64,000 bases of DNA from IMG/VR virus record IMGVR_UViG_3300010365_001574, one strand, 5' to 3'. Below, piece after piece: positions 18,434 through 28,123 of the stretch. The number at the start of each line of letters is the position of its first letter. The first letter of the stretch is position 1. The notes beneath the pieces were generated by a model. It saw nothing but the letters and a program-made list of their open reading frames with translations. It had not been told where the DNA came from and did not search any database. A program made the position numbers and the translations under genes. The DNA is from an uncultured virus (IMG/VR IMGVR_UViG_3300010365_001574) (Duplodnaviria; Heunggongvirae; Uroviricota; Caudoviricetes).

Positions 18434-19138
18434 ATGTCTTTAGATAGAAGAAAAACCACAGAACAATTTATAAAAGAGGCCAAAAATAAATGGGGTGATA
18501 AATATGATTATAGTATAACAATTTATACAACTAGAAAAAACAAAATAAAAGTAATATATGATGGTATAGTATATGAACAATTACCAAGTAATCATATGAT
18601 ATATGCACCAGAAAAATTATCTATTCCTATGACTACAGATTATTTTATAAAAAAGTCATTAGAATTAAATGGCAATAGATATGATTACAATAAAGTTAAC
18701 ATTATATCAAGTGGTAAAAAAGTTTTAATTACTTGTAATAAAGAAGGACATGGTGATTTTTTACAAACACCACATAGTCATATTAATGGTAAAGGTTGTC
18801 CAAAATGTAGAGAATCAAAAGGTAATAAAATAATAAGAAGTATTTTAGATAAAAGTAATATAAAATACATACAAGAGTATAAATTCAGTGATTGTAAAAA
18901 TAAACAAGAACTACCATTTGATTTCTATATTGAGTCTATAAATACTTGTATTGAATTTGATGGTGTACAACACTATAAACCAGTTTCTATATTTGGAGGT
19001 AATGAAAAGTATGAGATAACTAAATTTAATGATAATATTAAGAATTTATATTGTAATAAGAATAATATAAATTTAATAAGAATAAGTTATAAGGAAATAA
19101 ATAAAATAAAGAATATTATAGAAACTCTGATAAAATAA
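18434..19138 (+). CDS. Homing endonuclease, Vsr-like PD-(D/E)XK; paralog of 121-825
   Basis: LPFDFYI..CIEFDGVQHY..KNLYC..LIRISY. Confidence 0.8.
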   Translation: MSLDRRKTTEQFIKEAKNKWGDKYDYSITIYTTRKNKIKVIYDGIVYEQLPSNHMIYAPEKLSIPMTTDYFIKKSLELNGNRYDYNKVNIISSGKKVLITCNKEGHGDFLQTPHSHINGKGCPKCRESKGNKIIRSILDKSNIKYIQEYKFSDCKNKQELPFDFYIESINTCIEFDGVQHYKPVSIFGGNEKYEITKFNDNIKNLYCNKNNINLIRISYKEINKIKNIIETLIK

Positions 19139-19167
19139 AAAAGTCCATCAAATTGATGGACTTTTTT
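19137..19167. terminator. Bidirectional terminator between the endonuclease and tmRNA
   Basis: aaaaaaGTCCATCAAaTTGATGGACtttttt. Confidence 0.85.
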
Positions 19168-19171
19168 GTTG

Positions 19172-19534
19172 TGGAGCTGACGTTCACTGCCAAACGTGTC
19201 TTTCTTGGTTAACAACAACTATTCATTTACAGGTTTAGTAAGTTTTTCTTAACTTACAAAATATTTAGTTTTTGAATCTCAAAACTCTAATAAAAAGGTT
19301 TCACTTTTCAACTGGTGACACAGCTTTTTTGTGCATAATAGTTAAAATTAATTAAGCTACTACTAGATCAGAGATCATGTTGTTGTGTAAGCAAGCTACT
19401 ATATCTTCACTTGTTCCTACTTGGTTTACGTTTCCGTTTAAAATTGTATCAACTAATTTATTAATCGGTCATTGTAGACCACCCGATACCTGCATAATCA
19501 CTATTAGACCACAAATCAATTCTGTAACAGCCCC
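19172..19534 (-). ncRNA. ssrA: tmRNA (phage-encoded)
   Basis: 5' GGGGCTG pairs with 3' CAGCTCC-A, giving a G3.U alanine wobble; 363 nt; internal tag frame 19435-19352 GNVNQVGTSEDIVACLHNNMISDLVVA*; CCA not fully encoded. Confidence 0.9.
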
Positions 19535-19585
19535 TTGTTATTATTCTATATATATTATAATTAAAAAGCTAAAAAAGTTTACTTT

Positions 19586-20887
19586 TTATTCAACATTTTC
19601 TTCAAACCACTTAAATACCAATTCTTTTGGAATAACATCACCATAATACTCTTTATATTGTTCTCCACCCTTCTTAATAACATAGGATGTATCATCATCA
19701 TTGATACTATCAAACATTTCTAAATAGTCTTGTACACTTGCAAATTGTTGTCCTAATATACTTATTGAACCATCTTGATAAGCTAACATTTTATATTGAT
19801 TTGGGTCTATTTCTATACCAAATAAATTACCAAAGTAAAGGTCTAATTTTTTCAACTCATTAAACTCAAATCTAATTGGTTTTTCACCTTCAATTTGAAG
19901 TAAAATATCATCAACTATAGTTACTTTTATATCAACTTCTTCAAACCAAGTATTAAATACTAATGTATCTGTATTATAAGTATTAAACTCTAATTCATTA
20001 GTATGAAGTAAATCATATTTATTCAATATTTTCTTAACTGCCAAAATAACTTTTTTACCTGCATATCTATGTCTTGGTATAATATTTGATTTTGGTTGAT
20101 AATAAGTTACTTTTCTTTCAGTTGGTAGATTTTCCCAATCAACTTTACAAGCAGCTTCTAATACTCTCTTAGTATATCCTAAATCAACCCATTCATCTTT
20201 AAAGTGCTCTTTCCAACCACCCGCACTAATATTAGTACATTCAGGTATAATATCTAAGAAAGTTGCAGTATCAGTATAATAAGCATTTGGGTCTGGTTTT
20301 GATTCAACTCCTAATTCTGTTAATTCATCAGAAAGTGCATCAGCAAATTCTTGTGAACAACAATATCTTGCTTTCTGTCTTCTTACAACAGAACCTGTTT
20401 GTTTTCTATCAAATGCAACTGCTCTCTTAAATTTTTTGAAAAACTCTGGATTAGCTTCTAATGCATTTTGTGAACCCCACAAACCACCACTTAAAATTGG
20501 TTCTTCTCCTAAGAAAAAATAATAAGTACCTGGAATACCTCTCTCTATCATATTTAGTAGAATAGTCATTCCTAATTTATTATCACCACCTAATATAGTA
20601 GTACCATCAGTTTTAATAATATCTCCTTCAATTACATGATTTACTTTCTCATATTTTTCACAATATGTATCTAAGTGTGTTGTAAATAAAGTTTCTGATT
20701 TACCAACTTGAATATAATAATTACCTATTGTATCTTTTTTATATCCACTTGGTAAATATTTTTCTAATTTAGTCTCATGTCCATAAGGAATAGTATATTC
20801 TGTTAATTTTAGGAATAATTCTTTAAATTTATCTCCTGTTTCTTTTTTCTTAAATCTATTAAAAAGACCTTCATTATTTTTCATCAT
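19586..20887 (-). CDS. M20/M28-family zinc peptidase
   Basis: HLDT, GGDNKLG, GEE, FDR, YTD and EH metal-ligand pattern. Confidence 0.8.
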   Translation of the reverse strand: MMKNNEGLFNRFKKKETGDKFKELFLKLTEYTIPYGHETKLEKYLPSGYKKDTIGNYYIQVGKSETLFTTHLDTYCEKYEKVNHVIEGDIIKTDGTTILGGDNKLGMTILLNMIERGIPGTYYFFLGEEPILSGGLWGSQNALEANPEFFKKFKRAVAFDRKQTGSVVRRQKARYCCSQEFADALSDELTELGVESKPDPNAYYTDTATFLDIIPECTNISAGGWKEHFKDEWVDLGYTKRVLEAACKVDWENLPTERKVTYYQPKSNIIPRHRYAGKKVILAVKKILNKYDLLHTNELEFNTYNTDTLVFNTWFEEVDIKVTIVDDILLQIEGEKPIRFEFNELKKLDLYFGNLFGIEIDPNQYKMLAYQDGSISILGQQFASVQDYLEMFDSINDDDTSYVIKKGGEQYKEYYGDVIPKELVFKWFEENVE

Positions 20888-20897
20888 ATATAATTAT

Positions 20898-21278
20898 TTA
20901 TTCATTATCAAAATCATCACCATTTCCATCATTATAGAAAAAGTTAAATTCCAATACTGTACCACCTGTTCTTTTAGTTTGATACATATCAAATTCAGAA
21001 TCGTATTGTGGTATAATATCAGTTTTTAAATGTTGTAATATATCAAAGATATTAATCATATCTTTTAATCTTTCTAACTCATACAAGAATACAGATATAC
21101 ATATATCATAACCAGTATAATCAACTGTAAAATCTTCAATACCTTTATTTCTTAGAGTAGTTCTTAATAAATATGTTATATGTTCCATACCATCATTATT
21201 ATGACCATAATAATCATCATCATAATGGTCTTTATCATCATCAACACTCTCTACAAACTTTTTATAATTATCTATCAT
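20898..21278 (-). CDS. Acidic hypothetical protein with CTS-like leader MIDNYKKFVES
   Basis: ORF track. Confidence 0.7.
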   Translation of the reverse strand: MIDNYKKFVESVDDDKDHYDDDYYGHNNDGMEHITYLLRTTLRNKGIEDFTVDYTGYDICISVFLYELERLKDMINIFDILQHLKTDIIPQYDSEFDMYQTKRTGGTVLEFNFFYNDGNGDDFDNE

Positions 21279-21279
21279 A

Positions 21280-22626
21280 TTATCTTATTTCAATTTTAAT
21301 ATATGTATCTTCAAATTCTACATAAGTGTCATTAATATTATATCTTGATAAGATATTGTTAATATATCTTAATGTATCACCTATTGCCTTTATATCACAT
21401 CCTAATGTATCAAATTGAATAAATACTTTACCATCATGACCTATAACTTTCACATCAAGGTCAAATGCATATCTTTTAACTTGTTGTATTAGGTTTTTAT
21501 ATTTTCTAATAACTTCACTATTTATACCAACCTTTCTAACTGTAGGTAGTTTACTCCAGTTAACATTAACTGATGCTTTAGCAATCTTATCTAAGAATGT
21601 AATATTTTGTATTTCAGTAAAAGTATGTTCATTTTCATAACCAACTGATATATTAGTACATTCTGGTATATTATCAATAAAGGATGCAGAGTCTGTAAAT
21701 ATTCCAGTATCATCTAATGATAGTTTCATTCCATTACTATTATATTCTCTACACAAAGCAGAACCAAAATCATTAGAACAACAAACTCTACCATATTGAG
21801 AAGTAATAACAGAAATTGTTTTTCTTCTATCAAATGATATACATCTTTTTATATCTTTAAGATAATCTATTTCTTCAAAATCTCCAGCAACTAATCTTGA
21901 ACCAACACCACCTCTTTCTTCACCTAAGAAGAAATAATATAATCCTGGAACATTGTGTGCCATCATATAAAGCATTATAGTTACACCTGCTTTATCATCT
22001 GCACCAAGAATACTTGTACCATCAGTGAATATAAATTCTTCATTATTAACAGTATTAGACATTAATTTAGTAGGCAGTTGTTTCCAATCAGCAGTATCTA
22101 AGTGAGAAGTAAACATAGTTTTTGTATCACCAGGAATTATTTTATAATAATTTCCATGTATATCTGTATCAAGTTTAGGTAAAAATTGTAATACTTCTTT
22201 TTCATGACCCATTGGATAAGTCTTTGTAACTAATGATAAGAAAGTAGAACGTACATCTTTAGGATTAAAAACAAATGGTTTATGTTCTATTGGTGTACCA
22301 ACTACAATACCAAAGGATTCTCCTTTAAATGAATTATATGCTGTATGAAACTCTATTAAAGCATGGTCAGAAATCTTCAAATCAGGAAAATAGGTATTAC
22401 TAAATTTTGCTATACTTATTGTTGACTTTTTACCTTTAACTACAATATCAAAACAATTATTTACTTTAGATAAGTCCATATAGTAAATATCTAATATATT
22501 TTCATATTTAAGACTACCATCAATAAGACCCAATATCTTATATGATAGATTATTTTCAAATTCATCATCAATTCTTTTGATAACTTTTATAAATCTTGGT
22601 GAAAACTTTATTTTTATATCTGCCAT
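21280..22626 (-). CDS. M20/M28-family zinc peptidase (paralog)
   Basis: HLDT, GADDKAG, GEE, FDR, FTD, NISVGYENEH. Confidence 0.8.
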   Translation of the reverse strand: MADIKIKFSPRFIKVIKRIDDEFENNLSYKILGLIDGSLKYENILDIYYMDLSKVNNCFDIVVKGKKSTISIAKFSNTYFPDLKISDHALIEFHTAYNSFKGESFGIVVGTPIEHKPFVFNPKDVRSTFLSLVTKTYPMGHEKEVLQFLPKLDTDIHGNYYKIIPGDTKTMFTSHLDTADWKQLPTKLMSNTVNNEEFIFTDGTSILGADDKAGVTIMLYMMAHNVPGLYYFFLGEERGGVGSRLVAGDFEEIDYLKDIKRCISFDRRKTISVITSQYGRVCCSNDFGSALCREYNSNGMKLSLDDTGIFTDSASFIDNIPECTNISVGYENEHTFTEIQNITFLDKIAKASVNVNWSKLPTVRKVGINSEVIRKYKNLIQQVKRYAFDLDVKVIGHDGKVFIQFDTLGCDIKAIGDTLRYINNILSRYNINDTYVEFEDTYIKIEIR

Positions 22627-22635
22627 TATTTTTAT

Positions 22636-23037
22636 TTAATTTACTATTATTTCATTTGAGTTACCATAATCAACTCTTACTTGACCATCATTCATACCAG
22701 GTTGTTTTTTAACAAATTTTGCTTTACAATAAACAACAGTTGCCTTATCTTCATCTTTAGCCTTACTATTTTTCTTAGCAATCTCTGCAACTTTTTTAAT
22801 TACTTCTGGTGTAGGTAGTTTTTCTCTAACTACAATTAACATATGACTACCTGGAACACCTTTTGTATGCATCCAAATATCATCTGGATCAGACATATTA
22901 AATGTTAAATGGTCATTAGATTTTGCATCACGACCCAAATATACAATAAATCCATCAATATCCAAAGTTTTTATGTTTGGAAATTTATTTTTACTCTCAT
23001 TAAATGCACTAAAACCCAATATTCTATTTTCTTCCAT
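22636..23037 (-). CDS. NFACT-R (DUF814, RqcH/FbpA-type) RNA-binding domain protein
   Basis: GRDAKSNDHLTF..DIWMHTKGVPGSH..NSKAK..VKK..GQV; own ATG with CTS-like leader MEENRILGFSAFNES. Confidence 0.8.
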   Translation of the reverse strand: MEENRILGFSAFNESKNKFPNIKTLDIDGFIVYLGRDAKSNDHLTFNMSDPDDIWMHTKGVPGSHMLIVVREKLPTPEVIKKVAEIAKKNSKAKDEDKATVVYCKAKFVKKQPGMNDGQVRVDYGNSNEIIVN

Positions 23038-23898
23038 GATTATATTCTTTTTTATAAATGTAGTGAGTATATTATTAATATCTTCTAAGTAAGATATTCT
23101 TAGTAACTTTTTATTATTATCCATTATCCATTTATTCTTTACTTCATCATTTATTCTAACTCTTTTATATTGTTCAACACCACCAAAAAAGTCAACAGGT
23201 TGAAAATGTTGTATTCCATCAAACTCTATAAAAATGTCAGTATTTTCTAAATGGAAATCAAACTTATAATTTATATTATTTATATTTACTTTATACTGAT
23301 GTATATATTTAATATTATATTGATCCAAAATTCTGTATATTTCTCTTTCACCCTTTGATAACAAACATCTTGGACATCCTGTTTTAAGATGAATTATATA
23401 ATTAGGTTTTGTCTCCCATATATAATTACATCTTAAACACTTATGTTTAAGTATTTTATTACTACCTAAATATTCATCAGATATTAATACTATATCTTTT
23501 GGTAATAAACTTTTGTATTTATCAATAGAAAATAATTTACCTGAACATGAAGGACAACCAATTAAAGAATTTTTAACAACCTTTGGACTACTTTTAAATA
23601 CATATCCACATTTTAGACATTTATGTTTTAATTTAGTTCTAACATTAATATATGGTTCCAATAATTCAATTGATTTATCATTTATAGAATTTATATAATT
23701 ATCTTTATTTTTTTCACAATTACACTTTAATGAATTGAATGCTTTTGGTGGTTTACTTAAAACTTTACCACATTTCTTACACTTAAATGATGTTGGTGTC
23801 TTAGAGTTAATATATTCACCAACTCTTATAAAATTAGAATCCTTTATTCTTAAATCAAAATCTTCACCTGTTATTAATTTTCCTAATTTACTATACAT
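22636..23898 (-). CDS. Zn-ribbon/Vsr-like homing endonuclease reading in frame into the NFACT-R gene
   Basis: CxxC repeats, KFDFHL..IEFDGIQHF..LLRISY, then no stop before the NFACT-R ATG. Confidence 0.7.
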   Translation of the reverse strand: MYSKLGKLITGEDFDLRIKDSNFIRVGEYINSKTPTSFKCKKCGKVLSKPPKAFNSLKCNCEKNKDNYINSINDKSIELLEPYINVRTKLKHKCLKCGYVFKSSPKVVKNSLIGCPSCSGKLFSIDKYKSLLPKDIVLISDEYLGSNKILKHKCLRCNYIWETKPNYIIHLKTGCPRCLLSKGEREIYRILDQYNIKYIHQYKVNINNINYKFDFHLENTDIFIEFDGIQHFQPVDFFGGVEQYKRVRINDEVKNKWIMDNNKKLLRISYLEDINNILTTFIKKNIIMEENRILGFSAFNESKNKFPNIKTLDIDGFIVYLGRDAKSNDHLTFNMSDPDDIWMHTKGVPGSHMLIVVREKLPTPEVIKKVAEIAKKNSKAKDEDKATVVYCKAKFVKKQPGMNDGQVRVDYGNSNEIIVN

Positions 23899-23923
23899 AA
23901 CATATATATTAATTATATAAAAC

Positions 23924-23953
23924 AAAAAAAGACTCCTAAAAGGAGTCTTTTTT
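23924..23953 (-). terminator. Terminator after the major capsid gene
   Basis: aaaaaaaGACTCCTaaaAGGAGTCtttttt. Confidence 0.85.
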
Positions 23954-23968
23954 ATAATTAATTAATGA

Positions 23969-25633
23969 TTAGTTAAGTAATTGTGCAGCATCTGTAACAG
24001 TAATTGTCATAAATTGCTTTTGAGGATACCATCCCACTTCTGCAACAGCATATCTTGATCTTAGTAACATTCTTGGAGCAAATGTAGCCTCAGAGATAAC
24101 TGATATAGACTGAGCCATAAGATAAGGCACGAAAATAATTCCTGGTTGGTCAGGGTTATTTTTTCTACCTAATACGATTCTGTTATCGTTATATCTCATA
24201 TATGGATCAACATAGATAGAGATGTCTCCGATAGAACCAACTGGGTAAAGTTGACCTTGAGAGTTCATTTTAGATTTAACTGGGTTAATTGTGTAACCAG
24301 CAATATCTTGTAATGCAGCAGCTAAACCTCCATTTGTAATTAAGTATTGAGCTGGTCCAACACGTCCCTCAGTTGCAATATAGTTAGATGCGTGAGCAAT
24401 TCTAGTTATAAGTTTTCTTTGGATAGCGTGAGTAGTCTCTCCACCTGGTGCAGCAGAATTATATGCATAAGAAGTATTCAAGTCAAATAATGATGTACCA
24501 TCTTGTTTTTTAGGTGCACCTGCAGCATTTAAAGATCCCATTTCAAAGATTTTAGCAACAATTTGTTTAGAGATTGTTTGAGACAATTCATTAACAAGGA
24601 TTGATTCCATTTTTTGAACAATATCCATACCTGTGTTAGCTTTGATGTCTTCAATTTCTGTTCTTCTTAAAGCTGAAGATATTTCAATAGTACCAACTGC
24701 AATAGTTTTAGAAGAGATTTTTGGTCCAATAACACCTGAATAAGAGTTATCATCTTCTAATCTTGACATTGGGTAAGCACCAGCAGCAGCAGTAGTAGGA
24801 GTAGCAGCCCAGTTTGCAGAGAAACCAGGAATGTGATCTTCTAAAGCAGAGATTAATTCAATAGTATCAACTACAACAGCAGTAGTACCAATAAAGGCAA
24901 TTTGACTTGTCATAGATGAAGAAGAATCAAAAGTATTTTTAGTTTGTTCAAATCCAAATGTATTAACTTGACCAGCAGTATTTGCTTGTCTGTATGCTTT
25001 AAACATTGGTAAACCATCAATTCTTGAGAATCCTAAAAATTCAACAATACCTTCTTTATCATTTACAAATGCACTTTCATCATAAGTAATTGCAGTTGAG
25101 TTAAAAATATCAACAAATACTCTACCACCAACTAAACCACCTTGAGTTTGTTTAATTACACCACCAGCAGTTGCTCCAGCTAAATTTGCAGAAGCAGTTG
25201 GTCCAACATTACATTTGAAAACTTGTGGTCTTTCATTTGAATCTAAATTAACATCATCATATTGAAAATCAATATAAAGTAAGTCTAATTTTGGACCTGG
25301 AGTTGGTTTTACAGCAACTAAATCTAAACCAATTGTTTGAGCAGCAATTTTCATAGCTACTGGTAATAAGTTTTGACCAACATCACCTGAACCAGCTTGA
25401 CCAGTCCATCCTGTATTAGCTAAAGTTGTTCCTGCAGGACCACCTAATACTGGGTTAACTACAGCTCCCATACCTGCTACGTTTGTAGCATTAACGTATG
25501 CGTTTTCATTGATAGAGTGGAACTCAGCATATTCTGACATCCATTCAAGTCTATCACCTGAAACTCCCATATTTTCCAATACTGGAGACCATTTCTTCAT
25601 GGCTTTTTGATTATCTATTCTAATTTGTGACAT
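23969..25633 (-). CDS. gp23: Major capsid protein (T4 gp23-like)
   Basis: KKWSPVLE N-terminus; ILVNELSQTISKQI; IYVDPY; FVPY..TFAPRMLLRSRYAV. Confidence 0.92.
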   Translation of the reverse strand: MSQIRIDNQKAMKKWSPVLENMGVSGDRLEWMSEYAEFHSINENAYVNATNVAGMGAVVNPVLGGPAGTTLANTGWTGQAGSGDVGQNLLPVAMKIAAQTIGLDLVAVKPTPGPKLDLLYIDFQYDDVNLDSNERPQVFKCNVGPTASANLAGATAGGVIKQTQGGLVGGRVFVDIFNSTAITYDESAFVNDKEGIVEFLGFSRIDGLPMFKAYRQANTAGQVNTFGFEQTKNTFDSSSSMTSQIAFIGTTAVVVDTIELISALEDHIPGFSANWAATPTTAAAGAYPMSRLEDDNSYSGVIGPKISSKTIAVGTIEISSALRRTEIEDIKANTGMDIVQKMESILVNELSQTISKQIVAKIFEMGSLNAAGAPKKQDGTSLFDLNTSYAYNSAAPGGETTHAIQRKLITRIAHASNYIATEGRVGPAQYLITNGGLAAALQDIAGYTINPVKSKMNSQGQLYPVGSIGDISIYVDPYMRYNDNRIVLGRKNNPDQPGIIFVPYLMAQSISVISEATFAPRMLLRSRYAVAEVGWYPQKQFMTITVTDAAQLLN

Positions 25634-25712
25634 AATAATTTTCTTTTTTTTTATTTTTTTTATGTAATCTATAAATGTATATATATCCTTGTTTTTTCAC
25701 TTTTTTTGAAGT

Positions 25713-25727
25713 GTGGATTTTTTATAG
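25713..25727 (-). promoter_or_regulatory. 15-bp element upstream of the capsid promoter (copy 1)
   Basis: GTGGATTTTTTATAG (+ strand), identical at 28015-28029. Confidence 0.55.
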
Positions 25728-25728
25728 A

Positions 25729-27948
25729 TTATACTCTTCTAAATCTTTCCATAATCATAGAAACTTCATTATCAGATAGTTTATCCTCTTGGATTAAACC
25801 TTCATGAGCAACAAGTTTTTTAGTTACAGTTTCATTAGTTTTGATATTTCTAGTTCCCCAGAAATGCTCAATTTGATTTTCAGTTCTTAAAACTTCTTCT
25901 GGATATAATCTAGCTTGTGATAAGACAGATTTTTTAGCAGATTCGTTTAAAGTACCCCAGATTGGCTTAATGTTATCAGGCATCAATCTGATTACTCTTT
26001 CTTCAAGAGTTTCGTTTTTAGTTGCTAATGACTCTGAGATCAAAGTAAGAACTTCTTTCTGTGTAAAATAACTACTCTCGTTTATGTGTAGTTTAACAGT
26101 ATCTTGTTCTTCATCTGATAGAGCATAAAAACTATCAACTTGTGATTTGTTTAAGAACTTTAAAAAGTTCAAATCACTGCTTTCAGAAACTTTACGTTTT
26201 TTAGCTTCTTCAATTAATTTATTAATAGATTCAGAAAGTTCAGAGTCATCTTGACCTGCAAATTCTTCTTCTTGTTCTTCTTCTTCTTGACCTTCTGGTG
26301 CAAATTCTTCAGCTTCATGTCCTTCACCTTCTGGTGCAAATTCCTCACCTTCATGTCCTTCACCTTCATGTTCTTCACCACCAGCAAATTGAGCAGCATC
26401 ATGTGCAAACTCTTCAGCTTCGTGTGCAAACTCTTCAGCTTCTTGTGCAAAGTCACCGTGTCCTTCTTCTCCAGCAAATTCTTCTTCTTGTTCTTCCTCT
26501 TCTTGAGATTCAAAACCAGCATCTTCAATAGATGGGAATTGACCCTCTTCTTCACCAAATCCTTCATTTAATTTACCAAATGCATTAAGTTTTTCAACTA
26601 TCATTCCTTGGTAAGAAATAGATTTGTCTAAGTTCTCTGCAACATATTCAGAGTAAGCAATATTATCATCTAAATGTTCAGCAATGTATTCAGAGTAAGC
26701 AATGTTACCTTCAACATGTTCTGCTAAGTATTCTGAGTAAGCAATTGAGTTATCAACTGACTCAGCAATGTATTCAGAGTAAGCAATGTTTTTGTCTAAG
26801 TTTTCAGCAATGTATTCAGAGTAAGCAATATTCTTATCTAAGTTTTCTGCTAAGTATTCTGAATATTCAATGTTTTTGTCTAAGTTCTCAGCTAAGTATT
26901 CTGAGTAAGAAATGTTTTTGTCTAAGTTTTCAGCAATATATTCTGAGTAATTGATATTTTTATCCAAGTTTTCAGCTAAATACTCTGAATACTCAATATT
27001 TTTATCTAAATTCTCAGCTAAGTATTCTGAATAGTTAATAGCTTTTTCTAAGTTCTCAGCTAAGTAGTCATTGTGTTTAGCCAATTTTGTAGTAGTTTCT
27101 TTTAATGATTTGTTTTCATTAACTACCACTTGGATTTTGTCAGCCAAATAATCTAAATATTTAGCAACTTGTGAGTTAGTTCCATTTAACTCTTCATAAT
27201 ACTCAAGTAATTGCTCTAATTTCTTAGCTGGCATATTACCTTTAGTAATTGCATTATTTACTACTTTTTTAGTAGATGCAATCTCATTAACTAAATACTT
27301 TGAATAGTCACTTAGTTGTTGTTTTGTTACAAAGTCATTGTTGTTCATTTTGAATAATTCGTTCATTTTGGACTCGTCAGACATCTCATATATCCTAAAG
27401 TTATTTTTTTCAATTTGTCCATCAGTACAATAACCTAAAGATTCATTCAATACTTTTACACTCATTCTTGCAGATGCAAATCCTGGATCAGCAACAATGT
27501 CATATGTAAAAAGTTTTTTCAATGATACTGAACCATCAGATTCAGTAATACCTGCAGCTCTTGAAGATACAAAAACAGGACATCCATCATTAACTAATGC
27601 CTTTGCTTCTTTTCCCCAATATGTACTTAACAATTTGATTTCTCCTTCAACTGTGTTCTTTTCAGAAACATATTCAGCTTTGGTGATGATGTGAGATGCT
27701 CTTGACAATGAGGTATCAAAAACATCCGGGTGATCAAACTCACCAAAAACAGCACCTAAGCTGTTCATTCTTTCATTCAATTCTCCTAACGCAGGTAGGA
27801 ACTTTTCAGCAGTGTATATTCTCTCATTACGATTTTTAACACCAAACTCTGTAAAAGTACCATTAAGGATAAAATCCTGGTTACCTGTAGAAGCACTCTC
27901 TCTTACAAGAGAATTTGTTGAATTTTCTACTATTAAAACTGGTTTCAT
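25729..27948 (-). CDS. gp21: Prohead protease fused to scaffold/core protein (T4 gp21 + gp22-like)
   Basis: NRNERIY, GEFDHP, VSSRAAG, TYDIVADPGF catalytic motifs, then coiled-coil, tandem repeats and an acidic tract. Confidence 0.88.
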   Translation of the reverse strand: MKPVLIVENSTNSLVRESASTGNQDFILNGTFTEFGVKNRNERIYTAEKFLPALGELNERMNSLGAVFGEFDHPDVFDTSLSRASHIITKAEYVSEKNTVEGEIKLLSTYWGKEAKALVNDGCPVFVSSRAAGITESDGSVSLKKLFTYDIVADPGFASARMSVKVLNESLGYCTDGQIEKNNFRIYEMSDESKMNELFKMNNNDFVTKQQLSDYSKYLVNEIASTKKVVNNAITKGNMPAKKLEQLLEYYEELNGTNSQVAKYLDYLADKIQVVVNENKSLKETTTKLAKHNDYLAENLEKAINYSEYLAENLDKNIEYSEYLAENLDKNINYSEYIAENLDKNISYSEYLAENLDKNIEYSEYLAENLDKNIAYSEYIAENLDKNIAYSEYIAESVDNSIAYSEYLAEHVEGNIAYSEYIAEHLDDNIAYSEYVAENLDKSISYQGMIVEKLNAFGKLNEGFGEEEGQFPSIEDAGFESQEEEEQEEEFAGEEGHGDFAQEAEEFAHEAEEFAHDAAQFAGGEEHEGEGHEGEEFAPEGEGHEAEEFAPEGQEEEEQEEEFAGQDDSELSESINKLIEEAKKRKVSESSDLNFLKFLNKSQVDSFYALSDEEQDTVKLHINESSYFTQKEVLTLISESLATKNETLEERVIRLMPDNIKPIWGTLNESAKKSVLSQARLYPEEVLRTENQIEHFWGTRNIKTNETVTKKLVAHEGLIQEDKLSDNEVSMIMERFRRV
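26614..27075 (-). repeat. 11 tandem 42-nt coding repeats (YSEY[LIV]AENLDKNIx)
   Basis: 462 nt = 11 x 42; units read directly from the translation. Confidence 0.9.
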
Positions 27949-28014
27949 TTAAAATAATTATTTTTTGTAGTTCTGTGGTATATATAAACATTGTTAATTA
28001 TCTATTTTTGAGAA

Positions 28015-28029
28015 GTGGATTTTTTATAG
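28015..28029 (-). promoter_or_regulatory. 15-bp element upstream of the protease/scaffold promoter (copy 2)
   Basis: Identical to 25713-25727, with similar spacing to TATATA. Confidence 0.55.
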
Positions 28030-28123
28030 TATCTTTGTAAAGTCTTATGAAATAAGGTAGTTTTAATTTTGGTAAAAAGGGGGATTGATATTTTAATAAA
28101 TACTTAAAAATAAGTGGTTTTTT

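Noticed and set aside
19377..19646. 89-aa + strand ORF from the track
   Set aside because: Antisense to the tmRNA; no coding features.
26614..27075. Regular 42-nt repeats resembling a CRISPR array
   Set aside because: No spacers; units are in frame with synonymous variation inside the scaffold ORF.
26214..27694. Several overlapping ORFs in alternative frames of the scaffold gene
   Set aside because: Shadows of low-complexity Glu/His codons.
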